The notes beneath the pieces are model-generated. The model saw only the letters and a list, made by a program, of their open reading frames with translations. It was not told where the DNA came from and did not search any database. From positions 59,644,001-59,708,000 of the forward strand of contig NC_042997.1 of the NCBI RefSeq assembly GCF_006345805.1: a DNA stretch of 64,000 nt. Reading direction: 5' to 3'. Source of the stretch: Octopus sinensis (taxonomy: Eukaryota). The translations under genes and the position numbers were made by a program. Positions 63,881 through 64,000 of the stretch are shown here, one piece after another (positions within the stretch are counted from its first letter, which is position 1; each line of letters starts with the position of its first letter).

Positions 63881-64000
63881 TTTACTACTCTGAAAGGGCC
63901 TTTAAGGGGCTTCCAGATCAGCTCTTTCCTACTGGAGGGCCTTCAAAAGGCTCTCAGATTAGCTCTTAAACTAAATTTCTTTTTATTTAAAAAAGAACAA

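Overview
AT-rich, repeat-dense animal genomic DNA. The SINE/RTE/MITE landscape looks like an octopod cephalopod (Octopus sp.); this is inference, not a database result. Two convergent intron-containing genes could be rebuilt by hand with canonical GT-AG sites and consistent phases. (1) A PAGR1/PA1 homolog on + (coding exons 10067-10356, 16641-16723, 18689-23781; 1821 aa predicted). Its ~145-aa conserved core is followed, in one 5.1-kb exon, by a ~1.67-kaa low-complexity extension with 8-residue Ser-Pro repeats, a long mixed-codon polyQ, SPQ/SQ repeats and a PPxY motif. (2) A 4-exon TMEM17 on - (49443-49329, 42394-42291, 37573-37460, 36205-35963; 191 aa) with a CpG-richer upstream region holding X-box-like and forkhead motifs. 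The rest is transposon-derived: RTE, CR1/L2, R4/Dong and Penelope-like remnants, mariner and maT/Tc1 relics, hAT, piggyBac-like and Helitron non-autonomous elements, several SINE families and microsatellites. Most interesting points: the giant PAGR1 extension; minimal Penelope-type hammerhead ribozyme folds (best at 51021-51073, others at 27431-27476 and 556-618); a head-to-head palindromic tRNA-SINE with a hammerhead-like tail; a hierarchically amplified RTE 3'UTR array; a 109-bp duplication flanking a SINE; and a cluster of hairpin/foldback elements upstream of TMEM17. Repeat boundaries are approximate unless TIR/TSD bases are quoted.
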